In this document: one piece after another, positions 39,755 to 52,514 of the stretch | Position numbering within the stretch: the stretch's first letter is position 1 | Layout of the letters: each line of letters opens with the position of its first letter | From: Vezdaea acicularis | Taxonomy: Eukaryota | Length of the DNA: 64,000 nt | Assembly: GCA_026025075.1 (NCBI GenBank) | Contig: JAPEUI010000012.1 | Coordinates: 1 to 64,000 of the forward strand | Direction of reading: 5' to 3' | The notes under the pieces: model-generated | Database searches by the model: none | What the model was told of the DNA's origin: nothing | What the model saw: the letters and a program-made list of their open reading frames with translations, nothing else | Translations under genes and position numbers: made by a program

Positions 39755-42229
39755 ATGACAGATCTTCACCGGGATAATGCCCCCATTGAGTCACCTGTTG
39801 AAGTCAACGAAAGCCAGCTTCCCTCGGGCCAAGAAACAGAGCTTGAACAGGTTGAGAGCCATGGAGCTAAGCCTTCTCTTGCCAGGCCCGAAGATGACTT
39901 GGACAAGCTCGTTGGTGAAGTGACGCATTCTGAGGTTGCAACTCTGTTTTATATGGGCTCTGATCGCTGTTCACTAATTGCGCTGCCAGATTGGGATCAC
40001 AACCTTACTTAATCGCCTCAAGCAGAGCATCTCCTCCGCAAGGGTATGGCTCTCAGTGGGTTCAAACATGAGGCTCTGCTAAAAAATTCAAAGGACTTTT
40101 CATCCTTCCTGAAAGAACGGTCAAGCTTGGAGGAAAAACACGCCCAAGGTCTAAAGAAGCTATGCAGAATCACCTACGAGACAACTCGGAGGCCCGATAA
40201 TCGCCAAGGCTCTTACTCTCACCATTTTGATGAGATAACTCGTATCCATGAGCGCATGGCCGATAACGGCGCCAACTTTGCACTTAAACTACATCAAATG
40301 TACGAAGACCTGACGGAGCTCGCTGCAAACGTGGAACGAGGGCGTAAGCAATGGAAACAAACGAGTGGATCTTCTGAAAAAAGAGCGCAGGATTCCGAAG
40401 CGTTAATGGATAAAGCCAAGGCCAAATATGATGCTCTAGCGGAAGATTATGACAGAGCAAAAACAGGAGATCGCGCTTCTAGTAAGGTATTTGGACTAAA
40501 GGGAGTAAAGTCTGCCGCGCAGCACGAAGAGGACCTTTTGAGGAAAGTTCAGGCCGCAGAATCAGACTATGCATCCAAAGTACAAACTGCCAATGGCCAC
40601 AGACAGGAACTCTTGCATGCACAAAGGCCTCAAGCCGTCAAAGCCGTGCAAGACCTCATTTTTGAGTGTGACTCTGCCCTAACCCTTCAATTACAAAAAT
40701 TCGGTAAAGCCTTCGATCTTGAATTCATGAAGCTACTTCTTAACTTATCTTTGGCTGACAGCTTCTTTCAATGAAAAACTTTTGTTGAGCAATGGTATAT
40801 GCGTTAGTCCGCTCAACAGGGAGGCAGAAGGTCAAAATCCGCAGTCGACTAGTCTGAGAGATGCCGTGTCCGGCATTGACAACGAGAGAGATTTCAAAGA
40901 TTACATCTTAAGCTTTGCTTCCAAAGCGCCATCAAAGGCAGCTGAGCACACCTACACTAGACACCCGGTAAGCGATATAAGGACCAATTCCACAAATTGA
41001 CACCTCTAACCATACCAATATAGACATTAAATCCACAACAGCAGCAGGTTCCGTCCTCCAATCGCCAATCGCAGCATTTTGGATCCATTGGACCTCCAGG
41101 ACCGCCTGGAACAACACGCCAACCTGGGATTCAGTTGCAGTCCACGTCAACGATTGGGCCACAGACTACTCTGCTTGGCTCTCCGCAGCATATGCAAGGT
41201 CCACCGCAAGGTATGCAGGACCCAGGGTATGTTCCCAGCTCCCCAGCTGGCCAGCCTCCTGGAGAAAAGGGACATAGCTACCAAGGTGGCGCACCAGCAC
41301 CTAATCAATTTCCTCCAAGTAATCTGAATGGTCCGCAAAACATGGCCCCCTCACATTTTCCTGTCAATTTGCCACCAATTCAGAATTCATCTCCCGTGAA
41401 TGGCTCACCACGCTTCTCTGAACTACCTCCCTTAAAGCCAGTATATGGCATTTCCCTCGATAATCTGTTTAAGAGAGACGGTACTGCGGTGCCTTTACCA
41501 GTCTCGCAATGCCTACAAGCTGTTGACCTCTATGGTCTTGAAGTTGAAGGTATCTATAGATTGTCTGGTACTCAAACCCACATCTCGAGGATCAAAGCAA
41601 TGTTCGACAATGGTACGGAGAAAATCTTGAAATTATGATTCTATCTAACATGTATACAGATGCGTCGCGAGTCGATTTTCGCAACCCTGAACAATTTTTC
41701 CATGACGTCAATAGTGTTGCAGGTGCTCTTAAGCAGTTCTTTAGGGAACTCCCGGACCCTTTATTGACGATCGAGCATTACAAGGAGTTCATAGATGCCG
41801 GGAGTAAATTACCCCTTGTCCACTAGTGAGCCGATGCTGATCATCCAAGGAATCGAGGATGACGTTGTTCGGCGAGATACGCTCCACGCAACAATAAACA
41901 GTTTGCCAGATCCAAACTATGCAACTCTACGGGCGTTGGCACTTGTAAGAGAGAGAACCCCCGACTCGCTAACAGACCCACTAAAATACTTGTAGCATCT
42001 TAACAGGGTACAAGAAAAATCTGAGATAAATAGAATGGTTGCTGGCAATCTTGCGACTATTTTTGGGTAAGGAGCTCTAATGAATACAATTAGATCTTAG
42101 CTGAATCAATGGTATAGACCAACTCTGATGGGATTAAACATGGGCGGCAACATCGCAGATGCTTCTTGGCAAGTTCGCGTTGTCAGCACGATCTTACAGA
42201 ACACTTATCAAATATTCGATGAAGATTAA
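39755..42229 (+). CDS. RGD1: F-BAR plus RhoGAP protein
   Basis: IGITTLLNRLKQSI, FLKERS.LEE.HAQGL, PVYG.SL, GLEVEGIYRLSG, DVNSVAG.LKQFFRELPDPL, NRM...NL..IFGPTL. Confidence 0.92.
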
Positions 42230-43205
42230 CATTGGAGAAAATACCCTTCGCCTTGGTTCTTGAAGCCGATTTGGAAAGGAAACATTCTTTGTGCGCTGCC
42301 GCCATGTGACTGTTAGCCCTTCTGTTTCTTTTTTTTTCAAAACATCCTAAAATTGACTAGGCTATCTGGGCGGAACCTGAAACAGTGATAGCCCTTATTA
42401 AATCACAGGAGCTCGTTCATCTCGTGAATGCATGACCTAGAAAGGAATCCGATATCTTATGACCCCGTTTCGTCCGAGCCAGCTCTTGAAAAGATATGAC
42501 CACACTTTGAGTTAATCCAGACTGCAACCTATGTCAGGATCTTGGCAATCTGGAGAGAGTGGTAGGGTTATTCTACTGCTGTATTTATGCTTTAGGCTAG
42601 GTTAGAGCAGTAGGCACTTGAAACGGGAAGTGATGAATCGATAGCACAGAAGTTGGAGGAAGCGGAAGATAGCTAGTGTACCTTAGCCGTGCTCTCTTTT
42701 CTGCTCATATTTCTGCGCGTCCTTGTAGATGGAAAAAATCATCATCTAACTTGCATGAATTAGAGCTTACCTTCCTTAATTAAGCAGACGAGGCTGTAGA
42801 TTCAATGTACTCGTAATGAATGGATGTGAGAAGATAAAGCTGGCAAAGATCCGGTTGCGTCGAAAGGAATCATGAGTTAGCTTGACTAAATACATAGTAG
42901 TATTGCGATTTTTCATGTGCTTAATAATTCTGTCGTTGTTAATCTCCAATTTGTAGCTCGTAGCCTTTGTACTCTAAAGGAGGACGAGAGAACCGAAATA
43001 AGTCGGACCACCCCTTCGCCTACTTTAGCCTAACAAAAGAGGCTAAGACTTCTGTTGATTACCTTGTGCAGCGGATGCAACACAATTCTTTACACCAAAG
43101 AGGCACGAGAATCAATGCATGTAAATTTCAGAACAACGCCGCCCCATCCTCCGATGTTGAAAGTCTACCCAGACCACCCATCCGGTCATAAAGTCCACAA
43201 ACCCT

Positions 43206-46200
43206 CTACGCTTTCCTTGCCTGGAAAAGCGTCAAATTGAGACTAGTATCGTTTTCGCCGACGTTTGGTGTTGGTTCTGATAGGGTTTCCCATGGTCTTA
43301 GAGCAAATGGAGCTAACTTTCCACGTTGCGAGATGCAAAGCCAGTCACTTGGTCCATCTATGAATCCAAATAGATAACGGAGTTGGAGATTGTGGCCATG
43401 CCCCTTTACGGATCGCATGCAATGAGCTCGCGTATCTTCAGAGAGACCATCGAAGGAGATTGCCGCAATATCAAAACAGTACTGATGGAGTTCTGGATTT
43501 GCTCGAATGCTGTCATTAAGGATTAAGGAGCAGAGTGAGAGCATGACACGACCATGGTCTGCTTGTGCAGTATGGTTGCCCCAGAATGATTCCCCTTTTA
43601 TAACGAGAAGCTTGAGAAATAAACGGAGCCACTCATGGGTCTCCTCATATCGCAAAGCTGAAGGAAGTTCGGAGCCGATCGGCAATTGCTTCCTCACTTC
43701 ATTCAAGGGTGCAATACTGTCCGTTAATCGAGCTAAATAATCAACCAGATGATGTGCTATATCCCCAGTTTCGGTTTTGACGTGGCAAGTCGTGGTCGCT
43801 TCGACGATGGCGAGATATTTTTGAGCTAACTGACGATTTGATCTGTCGAGTAGTTCATGATTTATGCCCTTATCTTGATTCGAATTTTCGTACGAAGCCA
43901 AGGCAAAGAAGTTTTCTTCAGCGAGCTTACGGACCTGCAATTCGTTAATATGAGACTTGCTGGTCTAAAAAGACGAAAGAGACCTTACTTGGTTTGCCAT
44001 TGTAGAGTCTAAAGTAGACAATAGATTTGGCCAGAGTTCGCAAGCCGGGTCAGCAACAGTGTCAATAGCATGCACTAGAGCATAGATCAAGGCTTCTCTT
44101 TTTCCAATCTCCTTACTTCCTGGCAAACCGGAAATTATGGATGCAATCCTCGATCTACAAAACTCAATGGATAACTCATTCAAGTGCTTCGCAATCATTG
44201 TCACTTCAAGACTTGTATCAGTGGTTGATATTGCTATGTTCATCAGCTAAGTCGAGTTGTGGTGGGATGTGAACTCTTACAAATGTCAGGGGTATACAAT
44301 ATGCGATCAATAAGATTCTTGGCGAGAGAGCTGGATTTCAAGGATGCTTTCTGTGACAAAAGAGCAAAGAGATCTTTGAGTTCATCAAATTCAAAGGCAA
44401 CCACCCTTTGTAAAGACTGAATTAGACTTCTGTCGGACAATATCGTTTCCAGTTTGGCGGAACTTCGTGCTTCAGTTTGCGCCAAGTGCGCAATAGACTT
44501 GCATGCGAGGAAGAGCAGACACTGAGGACGCTCAGTCATGATCCTGCTTCTTGAAAGCCGAAGGCGGTATTCATCCTTTGCAATGAGTTAACATAGATCT
44601 GCACAAAGATGAGTTACACATACGCGATCTAGCACAGGCGTGCCCTGCTCTTGGTTACCCACAATCAACTCTAGCGTCTCAATCGCTATTGTTGCTTGTC
44701 GTTCGGGCGATGGTGCACCATCTTTTGCGCTTAGTATTGAAGCCACTCTAGAGCAGATCAAGTCAAGATCAATGCAATTAGCGACAATTAAGGGCGAGAG
44801 GATCTTCGATAAAGACAACCGATGTTCAAGAAGGAGCAACTTGTTGAGCCACGCGGAGATGAGGCTGAAAAAACCACGCGGATCGAACGCACTTAGTCGC
44901 GAAAGTACGAGCGCCAAATTCAGAGTCTGGGTTCCAGTCTCCTTATCCACGCTTTCTAACCGCGATACAATGGCCTCAAACCAGTGAGCTAGGCTAGCTC
45001 TGCCCATAGTAGTACCGCTGGCAAGTGCACGCTCAATTTCTTCACTCAAGTCAGAATCTGCGGACTGCGCATAGTCCGCCATATGATCCGACACTGGCGA
45101 GTAAACGGATGCGGTAGAAATTTGGCGGCACTTACGCAGATCAGCTTTGAGACTACTCAATTCATCACTTGGCCTGTTGATTCGAGATCCAAGATCTATC
45201 AGTGAAAGCAGTAGTAACTCATCACGCGCTTTCAAGGACCTATGGCGCTGAAGTATGGCAACGTAACAATCCTTAAGTGCACCGATGGCATCAAAGATCC
45301 CCAGGCGGCTTCCTAGAGTGTCGATGGCCCCAGAAAGAACTGCGGGGCTTTTTGAGGTCGACACTATCTTGATAACATCTGCAAGGATGGAAAAGTCTTC
45401 TAATTCTTCTAAAATCCATCTTATGACATGGAATTGATGAATTGTAATTGCTGAGACAGTTTGAGAAGGATTGTCAAGTTTGTGTTCTGTAGATGTTGAT
45501 CTATAGCTGCTTTAGTATGGACAGTACTCTCGATGAGCATCAGTAAACTCACAGTTCTGTGCTCGTGTTCCTCAAGGCAGTCCACTCTCTGATCCAGCGA
45601 GATGTTTCTGCTTTGATCACAAGACTTTGTCTTGACAAAACAGCCAAGTCGACGTCTGGCTTAGATCCCTGTTCCGCATCAGGGAGCAACTCATCATCCT
45701 TGTGATTGGGAATCAATGATGAAACAAGCGCTTTTGCTTCTTCCACAGCTGCAGACTCTTTGGCGGTAGAGAAACCAAGTGTACTGAGTAAGACACGTCT
45801 CAGATTCAAGAGGTGCGGCTGAAGCCCATAGAGCGGGACCTCGGTAAGAAGATGGATGTCACAAGAATCCTCCTAGAATCATAAGTTAACTAGCCATCCA
45901 CATATAAAGCCAAGTTAAAGGAAGACCTTTTCGAGACTCGAGCGTCCGCTCAAGATTCCGCCAGCAATCAACCATTGAAGGTACCCACCAAAAGAAAACG
46001 ATTGAGAACGAATGAGCTCCGAAACCAGAAGGTATATGTTTGTTGCCGAGGACACCAAAGGGGAAACTTGAGAGAGGAATTGCAGTATCGGATTGTCGAT
46101 GTTAACACCGCTTCTCTTCCATTTCCGGAGTAGCCGCACTGAGAGATAAACCCGCTCTATTCCTAACCGGTAAGGCGAAGTCACCCACTCTAAAAGAATT

Positions 46201-48095
46201 TTGACGAGCTGTTCGTAGTCATCGACAATTTCTAGACACCTAGATGACAGTACATTTGGGTGAAAATGAAGGGGGACTGAATCAAGCATCTGTATGATCA
46301 TCTTTTTATGAGAATTTCGTTGTTGTAAGCGACCACTCGGATTCAACTCTTGGTTCCGTTGATCCAGTTTCGCAAAACGAGATGCTGCAGGCCCATTTTC
46401 TGAAAAGAGTAAGGAGGAGATTATCGGACGGAATCTCATCCATCTTCCAGGCATTACCAAGTTTTGCTCTTGCTGTAAAGGAATAGTCTTAAGTAGACGC
46501 GCTATTTGGGACGAAACAGCTTGGTAGACATCTTTATCGGCATCTGCTTCAATCTGCTCAAAGGTTAAAGAGGTGCAGATCCTACGAGTCAAGTATATAT
46601 ACTCACAAGATAAAGCGTTTCTAATAAAGTCTCCGTTAGGTTACGCCCATACTTGCGACACTGTATAATGTCTTTCCAATGAATCTGTAATAAAAGCAGC
46701 CAAGCTGGAAATTTGTCTAAAGAAGCAGTCGCTAAAGACGTAAGAAGCCATTCTAGGTATTGATCAGTATCAAGCAGCCGCTCCGAGTAAAAGCAGGAAG
46801 ACAATCGAATCCTATGATCATGGGCAATGACATCAGCAGACTGGAGCTGGGTTAACCAATAAGCGTTGACTCACGCATATGTAATGTGATCTCTCCAGCT
46901 GTTCTCCCCGCAGGCATTGATGATGTTCTCAACGAATTGTTGGACGTGTCCAGTCCATTCTTTGATCCACTTCGATTCTCCCCCGAGACCGAGCGCGCTG
47001 CCAGCGCCCTTTCTCTTGAAGGCACGGATCTCATTTGCGCCAACGCACTTAGCTAACCACACGCTTCTCACAATCGGAATTTTCTTATTTAGGCATTGTT
47101 CCAGAAGAATTCTCCCTCGAATACCATGTGGAATAGTACGGCTTAGCCGTCGAAGAGGTACCGAATGAGTTGCAAGATCTCGTAGCCAAGCTTCTCGTTT
47201 GGTGTCTGTCAGCGTGACACGTGGTGGCGGTTTGAACGTGGATGGAGTAGTCACACGACCGTAACACTGCCTTTGCTCAAGCACTTCTACTAAGAGAGAA
47301 GACAGGGCCTGTAGCCCATTCTTGTGCTTCAAGAGCGGACCAATAGACTGACGCGCCGTTTGGGACTCTCCTGATAAAGTCGGCTTGCTAAAAAAGCCAT
47401 TCTTGATAACGTCTACGGAGAGAACGTCTTCGGGATGGTCCCCAGACCACGGGAAGAAGTCGACGCGTTCTAGAGAAAATAGTTAGCTAGGAACCATTTC
47501 TAACGAAGTATAGGAACGGACTATTAGTTGAGAGCATTGGCACGAAAGGAGGAACCTCGAAAACATATGGTTTAGCCTGTGCGCTGGACGCTGTGGCGGC
47601 TGCTTCATTATATGAGTTTGCCAGCCCAAGCATGGCTTGAGGAGGCAAGAATGACCCAGGCCGTACAGGAAGAGGCGGAGGAGAGGGTGCTTGACTGTTC
47701 TCATATTTTTGCGCAGAGCCCTGGTGTCCCTGCTGCAGGGCGGTAGCTTCCTTCACATATGCTTCCTTTCCGATCACATCCACCTTGGTACTTCTGACCG
47801 TTGGTATTGCTCGAATATCTCGTGAATCATGGCGAGCTGTTTGTTGAAATCCGCTCGGGCTAGGGCGCTGTGGTGTGGCGTCTGATGATAAGCGGATGGG
47901 ATTATATCTGCTCCCAAGGCCATTCTTGTCCGTGCTATTGCGTGAACGACCAGTATTTTCCCCAAGAGGTACCTGCTTCGCAGATGTGGCTCTCGGCAAC
48001 GGAGGCGGTTGAAAAGTGTGGTTTTGACGATTGAGCACTGGCTTCTCGGTTTGTCGCGGATGCCTCTGAGGCCCAAGGGCTGGTATTGAACTCAT
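43206..48095 (-). CDS. MED12: Mediator kinase-module subunit Med12/Srb8 (multi-exon)
   Basis: DFFPWSG.HPED.L, FKPPPRVTLTDTKREAWLRDLA, LRRLSRTIPHGIRG, WLAKCVGANEIRAFKRKG, WE.LSEPTPNVGENDTSL.L.LF. Confidence 0.94.
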
Positions 48096-48459
48096 GTTGC
48101 CAAGCAGTAAACCATGTTGACGTTAGGAGCCCAAGTGGGAACCCTGATTACGGTAGCATTGATCGAAGGTACTAGCTACACAATGCAGATGGCAGGTGAG
48201 CACATTGGTTAACTGTAGTGGGAGGAAGGTCTTGCGCGTGCCGTTGAGGTATGATGTGGGCGAACCTTGAAGCTGAACGCACAATTGAAACGCGCAGCGG
48301 AAGGGAGTTGAAGCGGCAGTGAAAGATTATTGATAGTTGCAAAGGCCACTCAACTCTCGAACGTCCAAGGATGGTGGAGGTAGATTGGTGCTTACAGTCC
48401 CTAGGTTCGTATGGCGATTACTGCGGGTAGATATGTGCGAGTAATCGGCAAGGACAGAC

Positions 48460-49501
48460 AACGAGCCGGATAAGGCTGGGTTGCGGGCAGAGCTGGCCCC
48501 AGCGGATAGAGCCGAGAGACAAACGGGGTTTCGAAGCTTTGCAAGCGGTGATCAGTGCATGCCAGACAATCTAGGGTGGCATGGGCAGGCTCATACCATC
48601 CAATCAAAACGCCGACAGAGAGTCGCGACAGCAGTTCGGAAGCTACCACTCAGTCTGATCGCAACATAAACCTAGGTGGTTCGAGCCATCTTCCGGCTTG
48701 CAATTTCCGAGGACTTTCATTTGGCGTTGAGAATACCGCCGCAAATTCGAAGGCCGACCATTTCGAGAAATAACGCTCGGTGAAACCTGTGATATCACCC
48801 TCTTACTATCAACCATTGAGCAACCTTGAACAGGACTCCAGCATGACTTTAAAGAAAGATATGCGTAGACCCGAACTTGGTAAGCCCGTGTCCTCCCGAC
48901 ACAAATCATCTTCATAACCTGCTGCCATAAGTCTGACCAAACATAGTCGTGGCATATGTCGAACCGGACACGAAAGAAAGCGAGGGAGACATGACCAGTC
49001 AGTCTCCAAGGTCCATACATCATGTTGATAGACATCGACTTAACGGGTTGCGTAGGTACAATCGCAAGCACCTTACCAATGGCAGCGATGTTCACGAGGA
49101 ATAAGTGAGTTGTGCTCCAAGTGTGGGCTAGAGAGACCAAGATTGACACTTTGGGAATTAGGTTGATTGGATGGTAGAGCACCCGTATCGACCAACTGAA
49201 CAAACGATGCCCTAACATCCATGCAGGACCGCTCTAATATTCGCTATTCAAAATTGGCTCTCAGAAACTCCAGCGACTGCATCAGAAAAGTCACAACCGG
49301 GCTGGTTCTCCGTTGGCATGTCCCTCATGTCTGTATTCATCGCATACATGCCCCTCTTTCTCCCTCCGCCTGGTAGACAAGGTGGAACAGGTACAGAAGC
49401 GCCGGCTGCAGCTCCTCTTTCATAAGACATCCCTAGAAGTGGTGACCTATATTCCAATAGAGCGCTGTTTCTGCATAGTACCATCCATACAACTAATAAG
49501 T
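48460..49501 (+). ncRNA. Candidate long structured ncRNA, possibly telomerase RNA (TER); boundaries approximate
   Basis: Non-coding; enclosing helix 48463-83/49294-308; template-like TAAACCTA at 48667-74; GACTTTC/GAAAAGTC pairing; three-way-junction-like element with a 4-bp hairpin; ATAAGT at 49496. Confidence 0.35.
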
Positions 49502-49895
49502 CTGCATCTTTTTCGCATTACAAATCGTTCTACACAAGTAGCATAAAACTATTCTAGGCGAGCACATCTTTACATGCGCCTTGCCTCTAGCGAAACCTTA
49601 AACTTGTTGCAATAGAATGCTAAACGCTTTCTATCCATTACTTGGCGTGTGGGATAGCTCATTTTCTGATCTGTAGGCCCGTGTCACCCGTCTATCTGCT
49701 CATCATCCTGAATGTAGGTCTGCTCGCTACGTCTTTTTTTCGACTTCGGCTCAATCTTTGGTAAAGGGCCCTTGAGTAAAGCTTGGAAGGCTGCTGCATG
49801 GCCTTTGGGGAGAAGTACAGGGAGCTCCTTGGAGGCTTAAAATATCATTAGCTTGGTAAGGATGAACTGACATACTGGACCAGATCTTCACCTTT

Positions 49896-50765
49896 TTAAA
49901 TCTTCTCATCATGATCTTTCATTGATAGCCGCTTCGCCATTTTTTGGGCCTTCTTATCCCTTGGTTTCGATGCTTCACTTCGTCGTACCTCTTCAACCTT
50001 TGACTTTTCGGATTTTGTCTTGCGCTTCCGGCCTTTCTCGCCTGAATTACCACTCTCAATCTTCGTGAAGTCCTCCTCCATAGATGTTTGCTCTAAGGTG
50101 GGCCATCCTGATGTACCTTCCGGGGGGATACTGTGAGGTGAAAGGTCCTCAGAGCTACTTGAAGATCTCTCCGAAACGTCCTGTCTCTCTGGTTCCTCAA
50201 ACTTCCTCTTCTTAGGCAACTGCTGAAGCTTTTGCGATGCATTAGCTCGTTGCTCTGCTTCACGAAGAAACCGTATTTGGTCATGCCTTTCATTGCCAGC
50301 CTATAATTTGTGATCCAAAAGATTTAGAATCTTATCCGCGTAACGCAGGGTTGCCAACTTACTAATCCATTTTTGATGATGCGGCCTGCAGCGGCTTTGT
50401 CTAGAGTAATGGTACGTTTCTGAACTTCCTGGGATTCGATATCTTTGACCTTGCCAAAATATTGCTTGACGCGAGTGAGCTCGGTGAAAACAGGCTGCTC
50501 ACGTGCATTGACCCCGTTGAGGCGTAGAAAAGCTTGGGACTTTTAGAGAGCGGGGGTAGCAACGGGTAGTAGGAACAGGCTCACAGAAAAGGATAGACTC
50601 AATGGCGTAAGTCACAAGCACGTATAGCTTTGCTTTGTCAAGGAGCGGTAATTTTGCCGCGGTCTTCGACAAGGCGTTCTGGAGAAGAGGCCCAAGTGAT
50701 TCTTGAAGGTCATCGACTTCGTCATCCAGTTGCTCAAGCAATGTTTGTATCCGTTCAGTCTCCAT
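49896..50765 (-). CDS. Exosome cofactor C1D/Rrp47 (Sas10/Utp3/C1D family); may extend to 49684
   Basis: LEQLDD.VDDL...L.PLL, LPLLDKAKLYVL.TYAIESILF, LRLNGV.A.EQPVF.ELTRVKQYF.K, LDKAAAGR.IK.GL. Confidence 0.85.
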
Positions 50766-51087
50766 GATTGCAATTTTGAGGAATCCGATTTTGCGGATAA
50801 AAAAGGTAGTAGTTCGGTAGCTAGCAAAAGTGAAATTATTCGCGCTGCGCATCGGTAAGAACTGCCATTTACACGAGCTTTCAAAGCGATAAACTCCTGA
50901 CGTCGTTAGAGCGACGCCTAACAAAAGTTTGCGAGTCTTCCTTTCTATCCGCCTATACCTCTCAGTGCCGAGCCTGTGGACGAAACACCATGCCACAGTC
51001 ACTTCATATGCCCGAAATTCCCATTGCCTGATACTGCTCAACCTGTCTCTCACGTTCCGCTCTCCACCACGGCGGTTGTTCGGCCTG

Positions 51088-52431
51088 ATGATCAGCCGGC
51101 CGAGCTCATGGAATTACGGTGAGATCAAGGCGGGCCGGGTGGTCAGATCAATACATTCTACTAGACGATTATCTAACGAGGAGGATTGGACATGGAATCC
51201 GTTTGATTTGTTGAAGCAGCGGAACGACAGCACGGATATTGGGTTTCGCAATCATGATCTTAGGACTGAGGTGCCTCGAGAGGTGTATATTCTTGGCACA
51301 GGAAACATTGGGAAATTGATTGCGCATGCTCTGAGCGGCATCCCGAATCCACCTCTAATTACCCTGCTTCTTCATTCTGAGTCGAGCCTAAGGAGGTGGA
51401 GGCAAGAAGGTCATGCTATCAAGTTGATCTCGAATGGATTCGAGGAGGCACGAACCTCCTACCGTGTCGAGCTAACGATCCCTAGGAGATCAAGCGAGAA
51501 TTACGAAAAGGAAGAAGAACTCTTTCACTCAAATATGATACATAACTTGATTGTTACAACCAAGGCAGTCAGTACGGTTGCTGCACTTACTTCTATCAAA
51601 CATCGCTTATCCCGAGAATCTACGATCTGCTTTCTGCAGAATGGGATGGGAATAGTCGACGAAGTGAACGAGAAGCTCTTTCGTGATGTTGAGACCCGCC
51701 CCAACTATATGCTTGGTATCACTTCGCATGGCGTATACTCGGAGAAGTTCTTCACGGCTGTCCATGCAGGTTTCGGGACGACTTCTGTGGGGCTCCTTTC
51801 GAGGTATCCTCTTTTACCAAAAGGACAAAATCACGCCACTCGGTCAAACTCCTCCAGATATCTTCTTCGCACTATCACGAGGACGCCGCTCCTGGTAGCG
51901 GTTGCGTACTCACAAACAGATCTCTTGCAGTTGCAGCTGGAGAAGCTAGCGATTAACGCGATCATCAATCCTCTATCCGTTATCTTTGGCTGCCGTAATG
52001 GGGACTTGCTGTTTAATTTTGCCATCTCACGTGTCATGCGTCTCCTCCTCTTTGAGATATCTCTCATCATTCGGGGACTACCAGAGTTGAAGGGCCTTCC
52101 AAATGTGGAGTCTAGATTTTCGACTAAACGACTGCAAACGCTGGTCTACGCAGTTGCAAGGGATACTTCAGAGAATTTAAGCTCCATGTTGCAAGACGCA
52201 AGGAAAGGAAAAGAGACAGAAATCGATTACATCAATGGATATATTGTCAAGAGGGGTGAGGAGATGGGCATCAAATGCGCAATGAATTACATGGTTCAGC
52301 AGATGGTGAAGGGGAAGCAACATATGCTGTCAATGCAAATAGATGACTATATACCCGTGGTGAAAGAGCAGGTGTTACAGCAGGTGCATCCGGAAGCCAA
52401 GGATACAACGGTCAAGAGCTGGCAGGAGTAA
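51088..52431 (+). CDS. Ketopantoate reductase (ApbA/PanE family), probably mitochondrial
   Basis: ILG.GNIG, LIVTTKA, FLQNGMG, EKLAINAIINPL, N.SSMLQD...G.ETEIDYINGY. Confidence 0.9.
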   Translation: MISRPSSWNYGEIKAGRVVRSIHSTRRLSNEEDWTWNPFDLLKQRNDSTDIGFRNHDLRTEVPREVYILGTGNIGKLIAHALSGIPNPPLITLLLHSESSLRRWRQEGHAIKLISNGFEEARTSYRVELTIPRRSSENYEKEEELFHSNMIHNLIVTTKAVSTVAALTSIKHRLSRESTICFLQNGMGIVDEVNEKLFRDVETRPNYMLGITSHGVYSEKFFTAVHAGFGTTSVGLLSRYPLLPKGQNHATRSNSSRYLLRTITRTPLLVAVAYSQTDLLQLQLEKLAINAIINPLSVIFGCRNGDLLFNFAISRVMRLLLFEISLIIRGLPELKGLPNVESRFSTKRLQTLVYAVARDTSENLSSMLQDARKGKETEIDYINGYIVKRGEEMGIKCAMNYMVQQMVKGKQHMLSMQIDDYIPVVKEQVLQQVHPEAKDTTVKSWQE

Positions 52432-52514
52432 GCAGATATGGCATATAGCTCGATAAGACCATAAATATCTGTTGTGATTATTGTGACACCCGCGAAATTT
52501 CTACAGTGAAAGCA

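Noticed and set aside
48730..48790. RNase P or RNase MRP identity for the structured intergenic locus
   Set aside because: No convincing CR-I/CR-V (P4) pair found
48643..49218. 191-aa minus-strand ORF
   Set aside because: Composition is not protein-like and there is no domain; better explained as non-coding sequence
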